44,788 nucleotides of DNA. It comes from Spirochaetes bacterium GWB1_27_13. Lineage in GTDB: Bacteria; Spirochaetota; GWE2-31-10; MWDO01. Positions 30,445 through 40,722 of this stretch are shown here, piece by piece. The notes under the pieces are model-generated. The model was given only the letters and a program-made list of their open reading frames with translations, made no database searches and had not been told where the DNA came from. Every line of letters starts with the position of its first letter. Position 1 is the stretch's first letter. The DNA lies in assembly GCA_001829125.1 (NCBI GenBank), contig MIAN01000034.1:8223-53010 (forward strand), read 5' to 3'. The position numbers and the translations under genes are program-made.

Positions 30445-33400
30445 TTATCGTTCTCTTCTTAAAACTACGATAGTTATATCATCGATAGGTTTATTATCAC
30501 ACCATTCCAAAACATTTTGTAATATTGCTTGTTTTATTTCCTTACAACTTTTATTACCATTTTGTTCTACGAGGATTTGTAAATTTTCTATTCCCCATAA
30601 TTGAAATTTATCACCAGCTTTTCTTGCTTCTATTATTCCATCTGTATATAAAACAACTACATCATCAATATCTATTTTGAAATTATTATCATTTGTATCT
30701 TTTGTAATATCTTCTTTTAGTGACAAAACAGTACCATAAGTTTTAATTATGTCAACGGATTTAGTTTTTGCTCTATAAATTAAAATATCAAGATGTGATC
30801 CACTGTATAAAAACTCACCATTACCAAGATATTTTAATAAAATCATAGTCATAAAATGAAATTCTTCGAGCCTTAGTCTTATGTTTTCCCATAACGCTTT
30901 ATTTATATCTATTATTACATCTTTTGGAGTACAAGTTATACTGTCATCTTTAATTTTAGTATTGAAAGCAGTTTCTGCCATAATCATAATTAAACCTGGC
31001 GTTACTCCATGTCCTGACACATCGCCAATTGCAATCCAGAGTTTGTTGTCTTTATCAAATCCAATATCATAATAATCACCACTTACTTCTTCAGCGGGTT
31101 GCATCATAGCAGAAATTTCTAATTCCTCATTTTCTATATGTTTTGGACATAAAGAAGTTTGTATTTTTTGAGCAATTTCCATTTCTTGTTTAAGTCTTTC
31201 TTTTTCTTTCATATCTTCAATTAGTTGAGTATTTTCTATTGAAATTGCAATCTGAGTAGACAAAACTTTTAAGACCTCTATTTGTTCTCGTGTAAAATAA
31301 GAATTAAATACATTATTTTCAATATATAAAATTCCAACTAAACGAGATTGGTTTAAAATTGATAAACAAATTATTGATTTAGGTTTCTTTTTTATAATAT
31401 AAACATCTTTTGCATACAAACTCTTATCTATACCTTCGTTTAAAATTAAATTTTTTTTAGTTTCTAAAACATTAGAAACAATAGATAAGGGAATATTTTC
31501 ATATTTATAAATTGGGATTGATTTTAATAAAACTGACTCTTTATCACCTATACCTTCTGCCTCAACAAAAACGGCTTCGTCTTTTTGTAAGATTAATACA
31601 ACTCTTTCACAACTTGTTATTTTCATTGCTATTTTTATTACTTTTATTATCAACGTATCAATGTCTATCTCACTTGATATTGCCTGATTTGCTTTCATCA
31701 CGCTATTTATATCTAAAGAATAAGTTATTGTATTAATTGTATCGCTATTAACGTCTGTTTTTGGAGTAAAAAGAAATGATTTAATGTTTTTTTCCATTAA
31801 GTTGTCAAAATCCATTTCTAATCCAATATTATGAAACATATATGAATATTTTTTTTCCATATATTTTACTTTTATGGAAGCATCCCATTTGGTATAACAA
31901 TATATAGATTCTACTAAATAAGTTTGAGCAATTTTTTTCATATTTTTTAATAAATAGAATTTGGCTGCACATTCATTTGCTATCGCTTCAAAATTAATAA
32001 ATTCATTATTTTTTGAACATTTTATTGCTTCATCATACAAAGACATTGCTTCTTGATTTTTTCCAATTATGCTATTATATTCTGCTAGTATCAATTTATA
32101 ATTATGTTCAAATGTACAAGAAGAATCTTTTGCCCATTTACTATATTTTTTTATAATAAACTTATATTTTTTTAAGTAATATTTTTTTTCTTTATCGTTA
32201 AAATAATTCCACCTTTCTTTTATCAATAAAGCATAGAAAAAATAAAACAATGGCAATGTAATAAACGAATTAGAACCAGAAATAATTATTTTTTCTTTTT
32301 CTCTTGCCATATCTAAACCATTAGCAAAATCATCAAAAAGATAAGCCAAAAATATTTTATTACAATAAAAACCTGCAATTGCTTGTAAGTTTTTTACTTC
32401 AATAAGGTATTGATAGTGAATATCTTCATCAAAAAAACTACCTTTAATTTTTAAGACATTCTCATTTTTTTCTGTACCACTAAGGATTATTATCATTTGA
32501 GACCAAATTTTATAAATAATTGTAACTGATTGTTTTATTCTTTTATCTATAATGGAAAGTTTCATTATTTCATCTTTTGCATCTTTTAAATTTGTAGAAA
32601 GTAGAAATTTAAAAACAGCTTGAGTATTTAAAGAATAAGCCGAATATTCAAGATCGCCAGATTCTAATGACTTTGATAATGATGTTTTTAAAATATCCAT
32701 ACATTCTTTTAATGGATGTAGCCAATAATGTTCAAAACAAGCGTAAATCAATGAATTTCTTCCAAGAAAATAATTATTATCATATTTTTTGGCAAGTTCT
32801 ATACCTGCTTTTCCAAATTGTATCGAATTTTTTGCGTCTCCTAACATTCCATTTAAAACAACACCATAAGAAGTCAAACCAAAACTTGAAGGAACACTAA
32901 AACCATGTATCATAGAATACATAGTAGTTTTAATTACCAAAATAGTCATTAAAGATGTATCATAAAAAAATGCTGCTCCTGTTGCTGCTATCATTATATC
33001 TAATGTTTGCAATATTTTTGTATTAGTTAGAGTTTTAAATTTCTTAAGATTAGTAATTTTTCTATTTCTAATTATAAGTTTTGATATAAATAATTCTTTT
33101 ATAATATCAAAAACTGTTGTTTTTTCTGGTTCTTTTATATTTACCCCAAGTATTTTTAAGGCTTGTTTTACTAAAAGCAATGCCTCTCTATATTTTTGAG
33201 AGCCAGCATATTTAATTATTTGAAATCTATAAACATCAACTTTGTCCATATCATTATTACAATTTTTTAGAATTTCTTTAAGAATTTTTTCTGATTCTTC
33301 AAAGTTTCCATTTAAAAACTCTGCTTCTGCTTTAAGAAGATATATTTGAAATGTTCTTTTATAATTTTTTTGCCAACTCTCATTATCAAGTAAATTTATT

Positions 33401-35658
33401 GCAATATTAAAATAATTTAATGAAGCATCAAAAGCCTCATTAGATTTTGATTTAAGACCTGCTTGATAATTTAGCTCAATAAGTTGAAATTTTTCTTCTT
33501 TATTTAATATATTTTTTGCCAGATTTAATTGGTTTACTATGTTAAAAAGTTTATCCTCGTGAATTTGTTCTCTTTGAATTAACATAAACCTTTTACCTAT
33601 TTTATAGTGAATTTCTTCTTGTTCTTCTTGGCTAATTAAGCTATAAGAAGCCTCTAATACTCTGTCATGAATAAATTTTCCTTCATTTCCTGTTTTAACT
33701 ATAATTCCTTGATTAATAGCTTCTGTTATATCATCTAAAGTCTCTTTTTCGGATTTTTCGTAGACAGCAGATAAAACATCAAATGGAAATTTTATTCCTA
33801 TACAACATGCGATCTTTAAAGTATCTAATGTTTTTTCTGGAAGTTTTTTAATTCGCCCTGCCATAAGTTCTACAACATTGTCAGTAATCCGAGATTGTTG
33901 TATTTTATCTAACTGCCACTTCCAACCTTTATCAAATTTAATAAGTTCATCATCACAAAGTTGTTTTATGAATTCTAAAACAAAAAAAGGATTACCACCT
34001 GTTTTTTCTAAAATAAGTTTTGCTAAATCTAATACTTTATCATTTTCAATCTTAAAAGAGTCTGATAATAAAGAGCTTATATTTTGGCTAGTAAATGGAG
34101 GTAATTTGATATTAACCATATCAACATCATTTTTGCCAATATTATCAAATGCAATAGAAAGAGGATGTCCTATATTTATTTCATTATCCCTATATGCTCC
34201 AATAAAAAGAAAATATTCTAATTCATGGTCCATTAGAAGATTTTGAATCAATTTAATACTTGCACCATCAGCCCACTGTAAATCATCTATAAATAATACA
34301 AGAGGATGAGATTGTTTGCTAAAAACTTTTATAAAATTTTGAAAAACAAGGTTAAATCTATTTAATGACTCATTAATACCTAATTGTTCAATATATGGCT
34401 GACTACCTATTATTAATTCTAATTCTGGGATTACATCTATGATAACTTTGCCATTGTTACCAACAGCTTCTAAAATTTCATCTTTAAATATTTTTATTCT
34501 TTCATTGTTTTCTGTAATTATTTGTTTAACCAAACTTTGGAAGGCTTGAATAATCGCAGAGTAAGGAACATTTCTTTCAAATTGCTCGTATTTACCATCT
34601 ATAAAATATCCTTTTTTTTCGACTACGGGTTTCTGTATTTCGTTTATAAGTGATGATTTACCAATACCAGAAATTCCACCAAAAAATACCGCTCTTTTTT
34701 TCCCAGAACAAACAGTGTCAAAAATATTCAAAAGATTTTCTAAATACTCTTCTCTTCCATAAAGTTTTTCAGGAATTTGAAACTTATCAGGAATATCATT
34801 TTTAGCAATTTCAAAATCTTCTATTTTTCCGTTTTCAATAAGCATATTGTAGCATTTTTCTAAATCATATATTAAACCATATATACTTTGATATCTATCC
34901 TCTGCATTTTTATTTAGAAGTTTAAGAATAATCTTAGATATAACAATATGTATTTTTTTATTTAACTTATTAGGAGGGTCTGGAATTTTTGCTATATGAC
35001 AATGTATCAACTCCATAGAATCTTTCGCTATAAAAGGGAGTCTTCCTGTAATAAGTTCATACAGTGTAACACCCAAAGAATAGTAATCAGTTCTATAATC
35101 GATAGACCTATTCATTCTACCTGTCTGTTCTGGGCTTATGTATGCTAAAGTACCTTCAATTCTTTCTGGGCTTACCATATTTTGATTTTCTTTTGAAAGT
35201 TGAGTTGCTATACTAAAATCTATAATTTTGATCTCATTTGTTTTTTGGTTTAAAAGAATATTATGCGGTTTTATATCTTTATGTATTATATGTTTTTTGT
35301 GAATTTCTCCAATAATAGATGCTATTTTTATTGCTATTTCAAGAAATAACTTTATATCTATTTTTTTTTTACTAATTATGCTATCGAGAGAAACTCCTTC
35401 AAAATCTTCCATTATAACAGCAAGGGTGTGCCCATATTTTACTAAATCATAATTTTTGATTACCCCACAGATATTTAAACTATTACAAATATCATATTCA
35501 GTCTTAAATTTATTTAACTTTTCAGGTGTAGGATACTCTTTTTTTAAAATTTTTATTATAACAGGAGTATTATTTTCTTCTGATTTTGCTTTATAAATAT
35601 TAGAATTAGAACTAGAATATATTTTTTCGTAAATCCTATATCCTGTTACATCGATCAT
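30445..35658 (-). CDS. Ser/Thr kinase - AAA/STAND ATPase - helical repeats - GAF - PP2C(SpoIIE) phosphatase
   Basis: HKDIKPHN, YISPEQTGR; GISGIGKS, IDDLQWAD, GGNPFF; GILYIEN GAF; SGDYYD, GDVSGHG, YTDGIIE, DDITIV. Confidence 0.93.
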   Translation of the reverse strand: MIDVTGYRIYEKIYSSSNSNIYKAKSEENNTPVIIKILKKEYPTPEKLNKFKTEYDICNSLNICGVIKNYDLVKYGHTLAVIMEDFEGVSLDSIISKKKIDIKLFLEIAIKIASIIGEIHKKHIIHKDIKPHNILLNQKTNEIKIIDFSIATQLSKENQNMVSPERIEGTLAYISPEQTGRMNRSIDYRTDYYSLGVTLYELITGRLPFIAKDSMELIHCHIAKIPDPPNKLNKKIHIVISKIILKLLNKNAEDRYQSIYGLIYDLEKCYNMLIENGKIEDFEIAKNDIPDKFQIPEKLYGREEYLENLLNIFDTVCSGKKRAVFFGGISGIGKSSLINEIQKPVVEKKGYFIDGKYEQFERNVPYSAIIQAFQSLVKQIITENNERIKIFKDEILEAVGNNGKVIIDVIPELELIIGSQPYIEQLGINESLNRFNLVFQNFIKVFSKQSHPLVLFIDDLQWADGASIKLIQNLLMDHELEYFLFIGAYRDNEINIGHPLSIAFDNIGKNDVDMVNIKLPPFTSQNISSLLSDSFKIENDKVLDLAKLILEKTGGNPFFVLEFIKQLCDDELIKFDKGWKWQLDKIQQSRITDNVVELMAGRIKKLPEKTLDTLKIACCIGIKFPFDVLSAVYEKSEKETLDDITEAINQGIIVKTGNEGKFIHDRVLEASYSLISQEEQEEIHYKIGKRFMLIQREQIHEDKLFNIVNQLNLAKNILNKEEKFQLIELNYQAGLKSKSNEAFDASLNYFNIAINLLDNESWQKNYKRTFQIYLLKAEAEFLNGNFEESEKILKEILKNCNNDMDKVDVYRFQIIKYAGSQKYREALLLVKQALKILGVNIKEPEKTTVFDIIKELFISKLIIRNRKITNLKKFKTLTNTKILQTLDIMIAATGAAFFYDTSLMTILVIKTTMYSMIHGFSVPSSFGLTSYGVVLNGMLGDAKNSIQFGKAGIELAKKYDNNYFLGRNSLIYACFEHYWLHPLKECMDILKTSLSKSLESGDLEYSAYSLNTQAVFKFLLSTNLKDAKDEIMKLSIIDKRIKQSVTIIYKIWSQMIIILSGTEKNENVLKIKGSFFDEDIHYQYLIEVKNLQAIAGFYCNKIFLAYLFDDFANGLDMAREKEKIIISGSNSFITLPLFYFFYALLIKERWNYFNDKEKKYYLKKYKFIIKKYSKWAKDSSCTFEHNYKLILAEYNSIIGKNQEAMSLYDEAIKCSKNNEFINFEAIANECAAKFYLLKNMKKIAQTYLVESIYCYTKWDASIKVKYMEKKYSYMFHNIGLEMDFDNLMEKNIKSFLFTPKTDVNSDTINTITYSLDINSVMKANQAISSEIDIDTLIIKVIKIAMKITSCERVVLILQKDEAVFVEAEGIGDKESVLLKSIPIYKYENIPLSIVSNVLETKKNLILNEGIDKSLYAKDVYIIKKKPKSIICLSILNQSRLVGILYIENNVFNSYFTREQIEVLKVLSTQIAISIENTQLIEDMKEKERLKQEMEIAQKIQTSLCPKHIENEELEISAMMQPAEEVSGDYYDIGFDKDNKLWIAIGDVSGHGVTPGLIMIMAETAFNTKIKDDSITCTPKDVIIDINKALWENIRLRLEEFHFMTMILLKYLGNGEFLYSGSHLDILIYRAKTKSVDIIKTYGTVLSLKEDITKDTNDNNFKIDIDDVVVLYTDGIIEARKAGDKFQLWGIENLQILVEQNGNKSCKEIKQAILQNVLEWCDNKPIDDITIVVLRRER

Positions 35659-35892
35659 TTATATCTCTCAAATTAATTGAATATTATGTTAGTATATAAA
35701 AAATATAAATATACTAATAATTATAAATTTAAAAATAAGTATATGCTATAAAAAACTCGAAAAAGAACTCGTTTTTTTAGGCATATAATCTTATAAATAA
35801 GATTATAATTTATAATTATTATATTGATAAATATTAAGATTGTCAATACATACCTTAAATGTTTTAAAGTCTTTTAAAATTTAAATTTAAAT

Positions 35893-35926
35893 AAAAAAAA
35901 GCGACATCGAGTAAAGATGTCGCTTT
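35893..35926 (-). terminator. Rho-independent terminator of the SLT gene
   Basis: GCGACATC stem, 7-nt loop, T8 tail on the minus strand. Confidence 0.85.
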
Positions 35927-35954
35927 ATTGTAATCTAAGTATTTCTTAGTAATA

Positions 35955-36677
35955 TTAATCCAACAAATCAGAATATTCTTCGAGATATTTTTGAAATCCA
36001 CCATCAATAATTTCTTTTTCGTCTACAATTTTTTGGATATAATCTAAAGTTATTGCTCCAACTTTTGTAGCGGATACTTTACCAAAACCAGCGTTATATA
36101 AAGCTAAAGCCTTTGTTAATTTATTGTCTGCTTTATCAAGACACCATCTTAATAATTTTGCACCATTCATTATATTTACATCTGGATTAAAAAAATCTTC
36201 TGCTTTTAGCTTAGTAAAAGTATTACTATTTAACTGGCAAATACCTCTATCAATGCTTCTATTTTTATTATAATTTACAGCGTAAACATTAAATCTTGAT
36301 TCAACTTTCATTAAAGCGATGAGTAGTGATGGTTCAATGTCAAAAGCTTTTGAATGTTTTAAAGTATATTTTGCAATGTCTCTGTTTCCAATATATTCAG
36401 CATAAAAATTAAGCTTAAGTTTTTCTGTCAAGGTTAAAGAATCTTCATTAATAATATCATTTGTTGCAATATTCTTTTCAATTTTAGTAATAGAAAGATT
36501 TTTTGCATAAGCCTCTTTTAAATTTTTGCCGTCTGCTAGTTCTACGATTAAAACTACACCGCCAAGATATAAACCAAATAATGCAATGTTTTTTAAATTA
36601 GCAATTTTTTTCCATTTTTTTGGTTTGTAATAATTATGTTGGATATTAATATTTGAGCGATCTCTTTTATCAATCAT
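35955..36677 (-). CDS. Lytic transglycosylase (SLT domain), membrane anchored
   Basis: ALMKVESRFN, DRGICQLNS, YNAG; AGGAGG RBS before ATG 36677. Confidence 0.9.
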   Translation of the reverse strand: MIDKRDRSNINIQHNYYKPKKWKKIANLKNIALFGLYLGGVVLIVELADGKNLKEAYAKNLSITKIEKNIATNDIINEDSLTLTEKLKLNFYAEYIGNRDIAKYTLKHSKAFDIEPSLLIALMKVESRFNVYAVNYNKNRSIDRGICQLNSNTFTKLKAEDFFNPDVNIMNGAKLLRWCLDKADNKLTKALALYNAGFGKVSATKVGAITLDYIQKIVDEKEIIDGGFQKYLEEYSDLLD

Positions 36678-37124
36678 AATAACCTCCTGAACTTTTATAC
36701 TATGACAATGTAACATTAATAATAATAGAAGTCAATAATTATTTTTATATATTATTTCTAAAAAGTAATAAATGTTAAAAATTATAAATATTTAGCATAT
36801 TATTATTCTTTTTTTTGATTTATTATTTAAGGAAAGAAAAAAAAATTATAATTATTATTAATAAATTAATATATTTTATTCATTCTTTGTTGTAAAAGTA
36901 GAAAATTGAAAATCTTGTTTTATAAAAAAAAGATTGACGATTTATAAGCTTTCAAGTATATTCTTAGGTTAGAATAATTTTTTTATTGAAAATTTCTTTA
37001 AAAAAAATAGTAAAAATATAAAATTTTACTTGATATTTTGTATCAAACATATATAAAGTGTAATAAAAAAATGTAATTTTTTGTTTTATTTATGTAAGTT
37101 TTTATTTCTTAAACCTAAGAGGTC

Positions 37125-37514
37125 TTGATGAATAAGCTGAATTTAAATTTTAAATCAACTGATAAATTAAACATAGATGTTTATGATATTGAAAATGGAG
37201 TAGAAATAATATTTAAAGGTTTTATTGATGATAAAAATCCAGAAGCAATGCTTTCTTCTTTTTTTAATGAAGCTCATGATAAAATTATAAAGAGTTCAAT
37301 AAAATATATAGAATTAGATTTTACAAAACTTATTTTTTTGAATTCGAGTGGCATTAAAATTTTAATACAATGGATAACAAAAGATGCTACATTGTCGCAA
37401 GATAAACAATATTATTTCAGATTAAAAATAAATTCAGATTTTCATTGGCAAGAAAATTCTACTTCAATGTTAAAAATGCTTGTACCTGATTTAATTACAA
37501 TTTCTAAAGAATAA
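37125..37514 (+). CDS. STAS-like / SiaC-like anti-anti-sigma type protein
   Basis: LDFTKLIFLNSSGIK conserved phosphoacceptor Ser motif, WQ..S. Confidence 0.7.
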   Translation: MMNKLNLNFKSTDKLNIDVYDIENGVEIIFKGFIDDKNPEAMLSSFFNEAHDKIIKSSIKYIELDFTKLIFLNSSGIKILIQWITKDATLSQDKQYYFRLKINSDFHWQENSTSMLKMLVPDLITISKE

Positions 37515-37535
37515 AAAATAGAAAGGGATAAAAAT

Positions 37536-38276
37536 ATGAAAATTTTTTATTATATTGCAACAGTAATTTTAACTATTTTAGTATCAATAGTTTCTGTATT
37601 TTTTATTATTACTGAATGGTGGTTACTTTTTATTCCAAGATATAAAAGGTATAAAATGTCCGATCCTTTTTTGATAATACCATGGACTATTGTACTCAAT
37701 ACATTGACTGGGTTAAGAGTGAAAGTTCTAAATAAACAATATGTAGATAAAAAAAGAACTACTCTTTATATTTGTAATCATCAATCATGGATTGATATTC
37801 CGACTTTATTAAGTTCTACTCACGCCTCAGCACTTTCAAAAAAAGAAGTAAAATATATCCCTTTTATAGGAATACTAACAATTTATGGTGGTGCTTTCTT
37901 TTTTGATAGAGATGAAAAAAAATCGAGACTTGGGATTATAAAAGAAGTAATCGATATGTTAAAAAAAGGATATTCTTTATGTGTTTTTCCAGAAGGAACA
38001 AGGAGTTTTGATGGAAATTTATTAGAACCCAATATAACTTTAATAAAACTATGTTATAAATTGAATGTTTGTGTAGTGCCAGCTGCAATAGAAGGCTCTC
38101 GAAATGCTTTACAAAAAGGTAATTATTATATGAAATTTTTCCAGAAAGTAGTATTAAAATATGCTGAGCCTTTATACCCAAAAGATTTTAAAAATGATGA
38201 AGAATTTGCTAAAGCTTGCTGGGGTAAAGTAACAGAAACACATACTGAAATTAAAACTACTTACTTTAATAAATAA
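37536..38276 (+). CDS. plsC: 1-acyl-sn-glycerol-3-phosphate acyltransferase
   Basis: NHQSWID, FDR, VFPEGTRS motifs. Confidence 0.9.
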   Translation: MKIFYYIATVILTILVSIVSVFFIITEWWLLFIPRYKRYKMSDPFLIIPWTIVLNTLTGLRVKVLNKQYVDKKRTTLYICNHQSWIDIPTLLSSTHASALSKKEVKYIPFIGILTIYGGAFFFDRDEKKSRLGIIKEVIDMLKKGYSLCVFPEGTRSFDGNLLEPNITLIKLCYKLNVCVVPAAIEGSRNALQKGNYYMKFFQKVVLKYAEPLYPKDFKNDEEFAKACWGKVTETHTEIKTTYFNK

Positions 38277-38443
38277 TTATTTTATTCTCACAAAAAAGCA
38301 AATTATGATTGACAAGAATAGTATGTAAGCTTTATCATTAATTTTAGTTATGCTTAACAAATTCTAATATAGTAAATAAATTTATTCTCTAATTCTGTGG
38401 CTAACTAAAAAAATTGGCTAAAATATTTTTATGGAGTAATAAA

Positions 38444-39658
38444 ATGGATTTTTCAAGTTTATTTAATGCAAATCTTAATTGTCCAAAATGTGATGCTAAA
38501 TTGTCAATCAATTTTCAATCATTTAGAAATGGTAAATTAGTTTGCCAAACTTGTAATCACGAAATAGATGAAGTAGAACTAAAAACATACAATCAAGAAA
38601 AAGAACAAAAAGAAGCAGTTGTCAAACCATATAATTCTAAAATTGAATTAAAAAAAGAAAACGATAGTTTTTCTATGTATTTTCCACCTGAAGGACTTAC
38701 TATTGAGGTTGTAATAGTAGGTTTATTTATGTTAATCTGGGGTGGTGGGGTAGTTTTTTTTACTGCTATTTTTGGATTTCTTGCTTTTTCTGAACCTACA
38801 ATGAGTTTTGCACTTTTGTTTCTAATACCATTTTGGGCTGTTGTAGTCTATATGTTTTATAATATTTTTTTTACAATTTTTGGTAAATCTTATCTTTACA
38901 CAGATAAAGAGTATCTTGTATATAAAAGAGTATTATTTTTTTCCTCTTCTAAAAAAATGATAAAAATTAACGAATTAAAAAGCAGTATATGTGATGTCGT
39001 TTATGGAAGTAAAGGCGGAAGAACTTATTTTGTAACTATATATTATGGAAGTCAAAATAATAGTCTTAAAATAAGAAAAGCAGCTTTTTCTACAACTACA
39101 AAAGAAGAATGTATGTGGCTTGCTAATCAAATAAATGATTTTATAAAAGAAAGTAAAGATGTAACTTCTTATGCAGAGACAATGCCAGAAATAATTGATA
39201 ATCAAAAGACCGAATTACAATGGCAATGGGTTATTACAAGCGTTTTAATTGGACTTCCGATACTTTTTGCTTGTAATGCTTTAATTTATCCTTTTTTTGG
39301 TGGAATACCAGCGTATTTTGTAATAGGACTTATTATTGCTAATTGGTCACCTGGCAAAACAAAAATAGAGCCTGTGATTGGCGTAATTATTTTGACAACT
39401 TTGAGCCTTCTTGTAAATTTAATCTTATTACAAACAACATATCCAGAAAATATATCTATTGCATTAAATAAATTTATCGAAATTTATCAAAATATAATAA
39501 AAAGGTTTAACGTAGAGGCACACTATGACATAAAAACATTACAAATCATAGTTCTCTCAATTATACATTCTATTCTAAGCTTTTTAGGGCTTATTTTAAC
39601 CTTCATGGGGGCTTCTTTAGGTGAATATTTACAAGAAAAAAAATATTCTTCTACTTAG
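38444..39658 (+). CDS. Membrane protein with N-terminal zinc ribbon
   Basis: CPKC...CQTC, two clusters of TM helices; GGAG RBS before ATG 38444. Confidence 0.75.
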   Translation: MDFSSLFNANLNCPKCDAKLSINFQSFRNGKLVCQTCNHEIDEVELKTYNQEKEQKEAVVKPYNSKIELKKENDSFSMYFPPEGLTIEVVIVGLFMLIWGGGVVFFTAIFGFLAFSEPTMSFALLFLIPFWAVVVYMFYNIFFTIFGKSYLYTDKEYLVYKRVLFFSSSKKMIKINELKSSICDVVYGSKGGRTYFVTIYYGSQNNSLKIRKAAFSTTTKEECMWLANQINDFIKESKDVTSYAETMPEIIDNQKTELQWQWVITSVLIGLPILFACNALIYPFFGGIPAYFVIGLIIANWSPGKTKIEPVIGVIILTTLSLLVNLILLQTTYPENISIALNKFIEIYQNIIKRFNVEAHYDIKTLQIIVLSIIHSILSFLGLILTFMGASLGEYLQEKKYSST

Positions 39659-39666
39659 GATGTGTT

Positions 39667-40023
39667 ATGAAAAAAGAATATACTTGTATATCATGCCCTT
39701 TAGGTTGTCAGCTCGAACTTAATGTTGAATCTGACAATATTTTAGTAAAAGGAAATAAATGTAAGCGAGGTGAAATATATGCAAAAGAGGAATATTTTTC
39801 ACCAAAAAGAACTATAACAACAACATGTATTGCAATAAACTCAAATAATATTCATAGAATCCCAGTAAAAACAGACAAACCCCTTTTAAAAGAGTACACA
39901 ATCGATTTATTAAAAGAAATTTATTCTCTAAAAATAAATTTGCCTGTAAAATTAGGTGATATTTTGATAAAAAATTTTAAAAATACAGATGTTAATGTAG
40001 TTGTAACAAGAAGCGTTAGATGA
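39667..40023 (+). CDS. DUF1667 family CxxC protein
   Basis: CISCPLGC, GNKCKRG..YA..E...PKR, PVKT, PV.LGD. Confidence 0.9.
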   Translation: MKKEYTCISCPLGCQLELNVESDNILVKGNKCKRGEIYAKEEYFSPKRTITTTCIAINSNNIHRIPVKTDKPLLKEYTIDLLKEIYSLKINLPVKLGDILIKNFKNTDVNVVVTRSVR

Positions 40024-40233
40024 ATATATACTTGAAATCTCTATACTAATCCCTACGATTTTCTAAAATCTGTTAATTTAAGTTAATAAATTTCTACCAA
40101 AAACTAAGGGATTACAAAAAAATCACAATAATATTTGACTTTTATAATAATTTAGTTAAAATTACTAAAAGACTCAAATTTGGGTTTTTAAAATTATATT
40201 TTGTGTTTGTAATATTTTTTTAAGGAAAAAAGA

Positions 40234-40677
40234 ATGGCTCAATTTAAACTACCTCTTGGACAAATTGGTCTTGCTTTAGAATTTTATAAGGTTATGATTA
40301 TTGAAGACTCAAAAACTGTAAGATTGATGTTAAAACAAATTTTATTATCAGAAAAATTTAATCTAATAATTGAAGCTGAAAATGGAATTGATGCGATCCA
40401 AAAATTACAAAACGCTCCTGAAAAGCCAGATATAATTTTTTCTGATGTCGATATGCCTGGTATGAATGGTATTGAAGCAGTGGCAGAAATAAAAAAAATA
40501 GACCCAAAAATAAAAATTGTTATGGCAACTTCTCATAAAGACGAAGACACTGTAAAAAAATTACTTAACCTTGGTATCTCTGGCTACATAGTAAAACCCT
40601 TTGATAGACAACAAGTCTTAGAAAAAATAGCAAAAATAGTAGGAAGAGACGATTATTTGCCTAAATTTATTAGCTAA
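40234..40677 (+). CDS. Single-domain response regulator (CheY-like)
   Basis: IIEDS, SDVDMPGMNG, MATS, YIVKPF. Confidence 0.93.
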   Translation: MAQFKLPLGQIGLALEFYKVMIIEDSKTVRLMLKQILLSEKFNLIIEAENGIDAIQKLQNAPEKPDIIFSDVDMPGMNGIEAVAEIKKIDPKIKIVMATSHKDEDTVKKLLNLGISGYIVKPFDRQQVLEKIAKIVGRDDYLPKFIS

Positions 40678-40722
40678 TGATGATAAATTTACCAAAGAGG
40701 GTATAATTTAACGCATCGCCTC

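Noticed and set aside
36720-37120. Replication origin or ncRNA in the AT-rich intergenic region
   Set aside because: No DnaA-box cluster or stable structure; explained by divergent promoters in a low-GC genome
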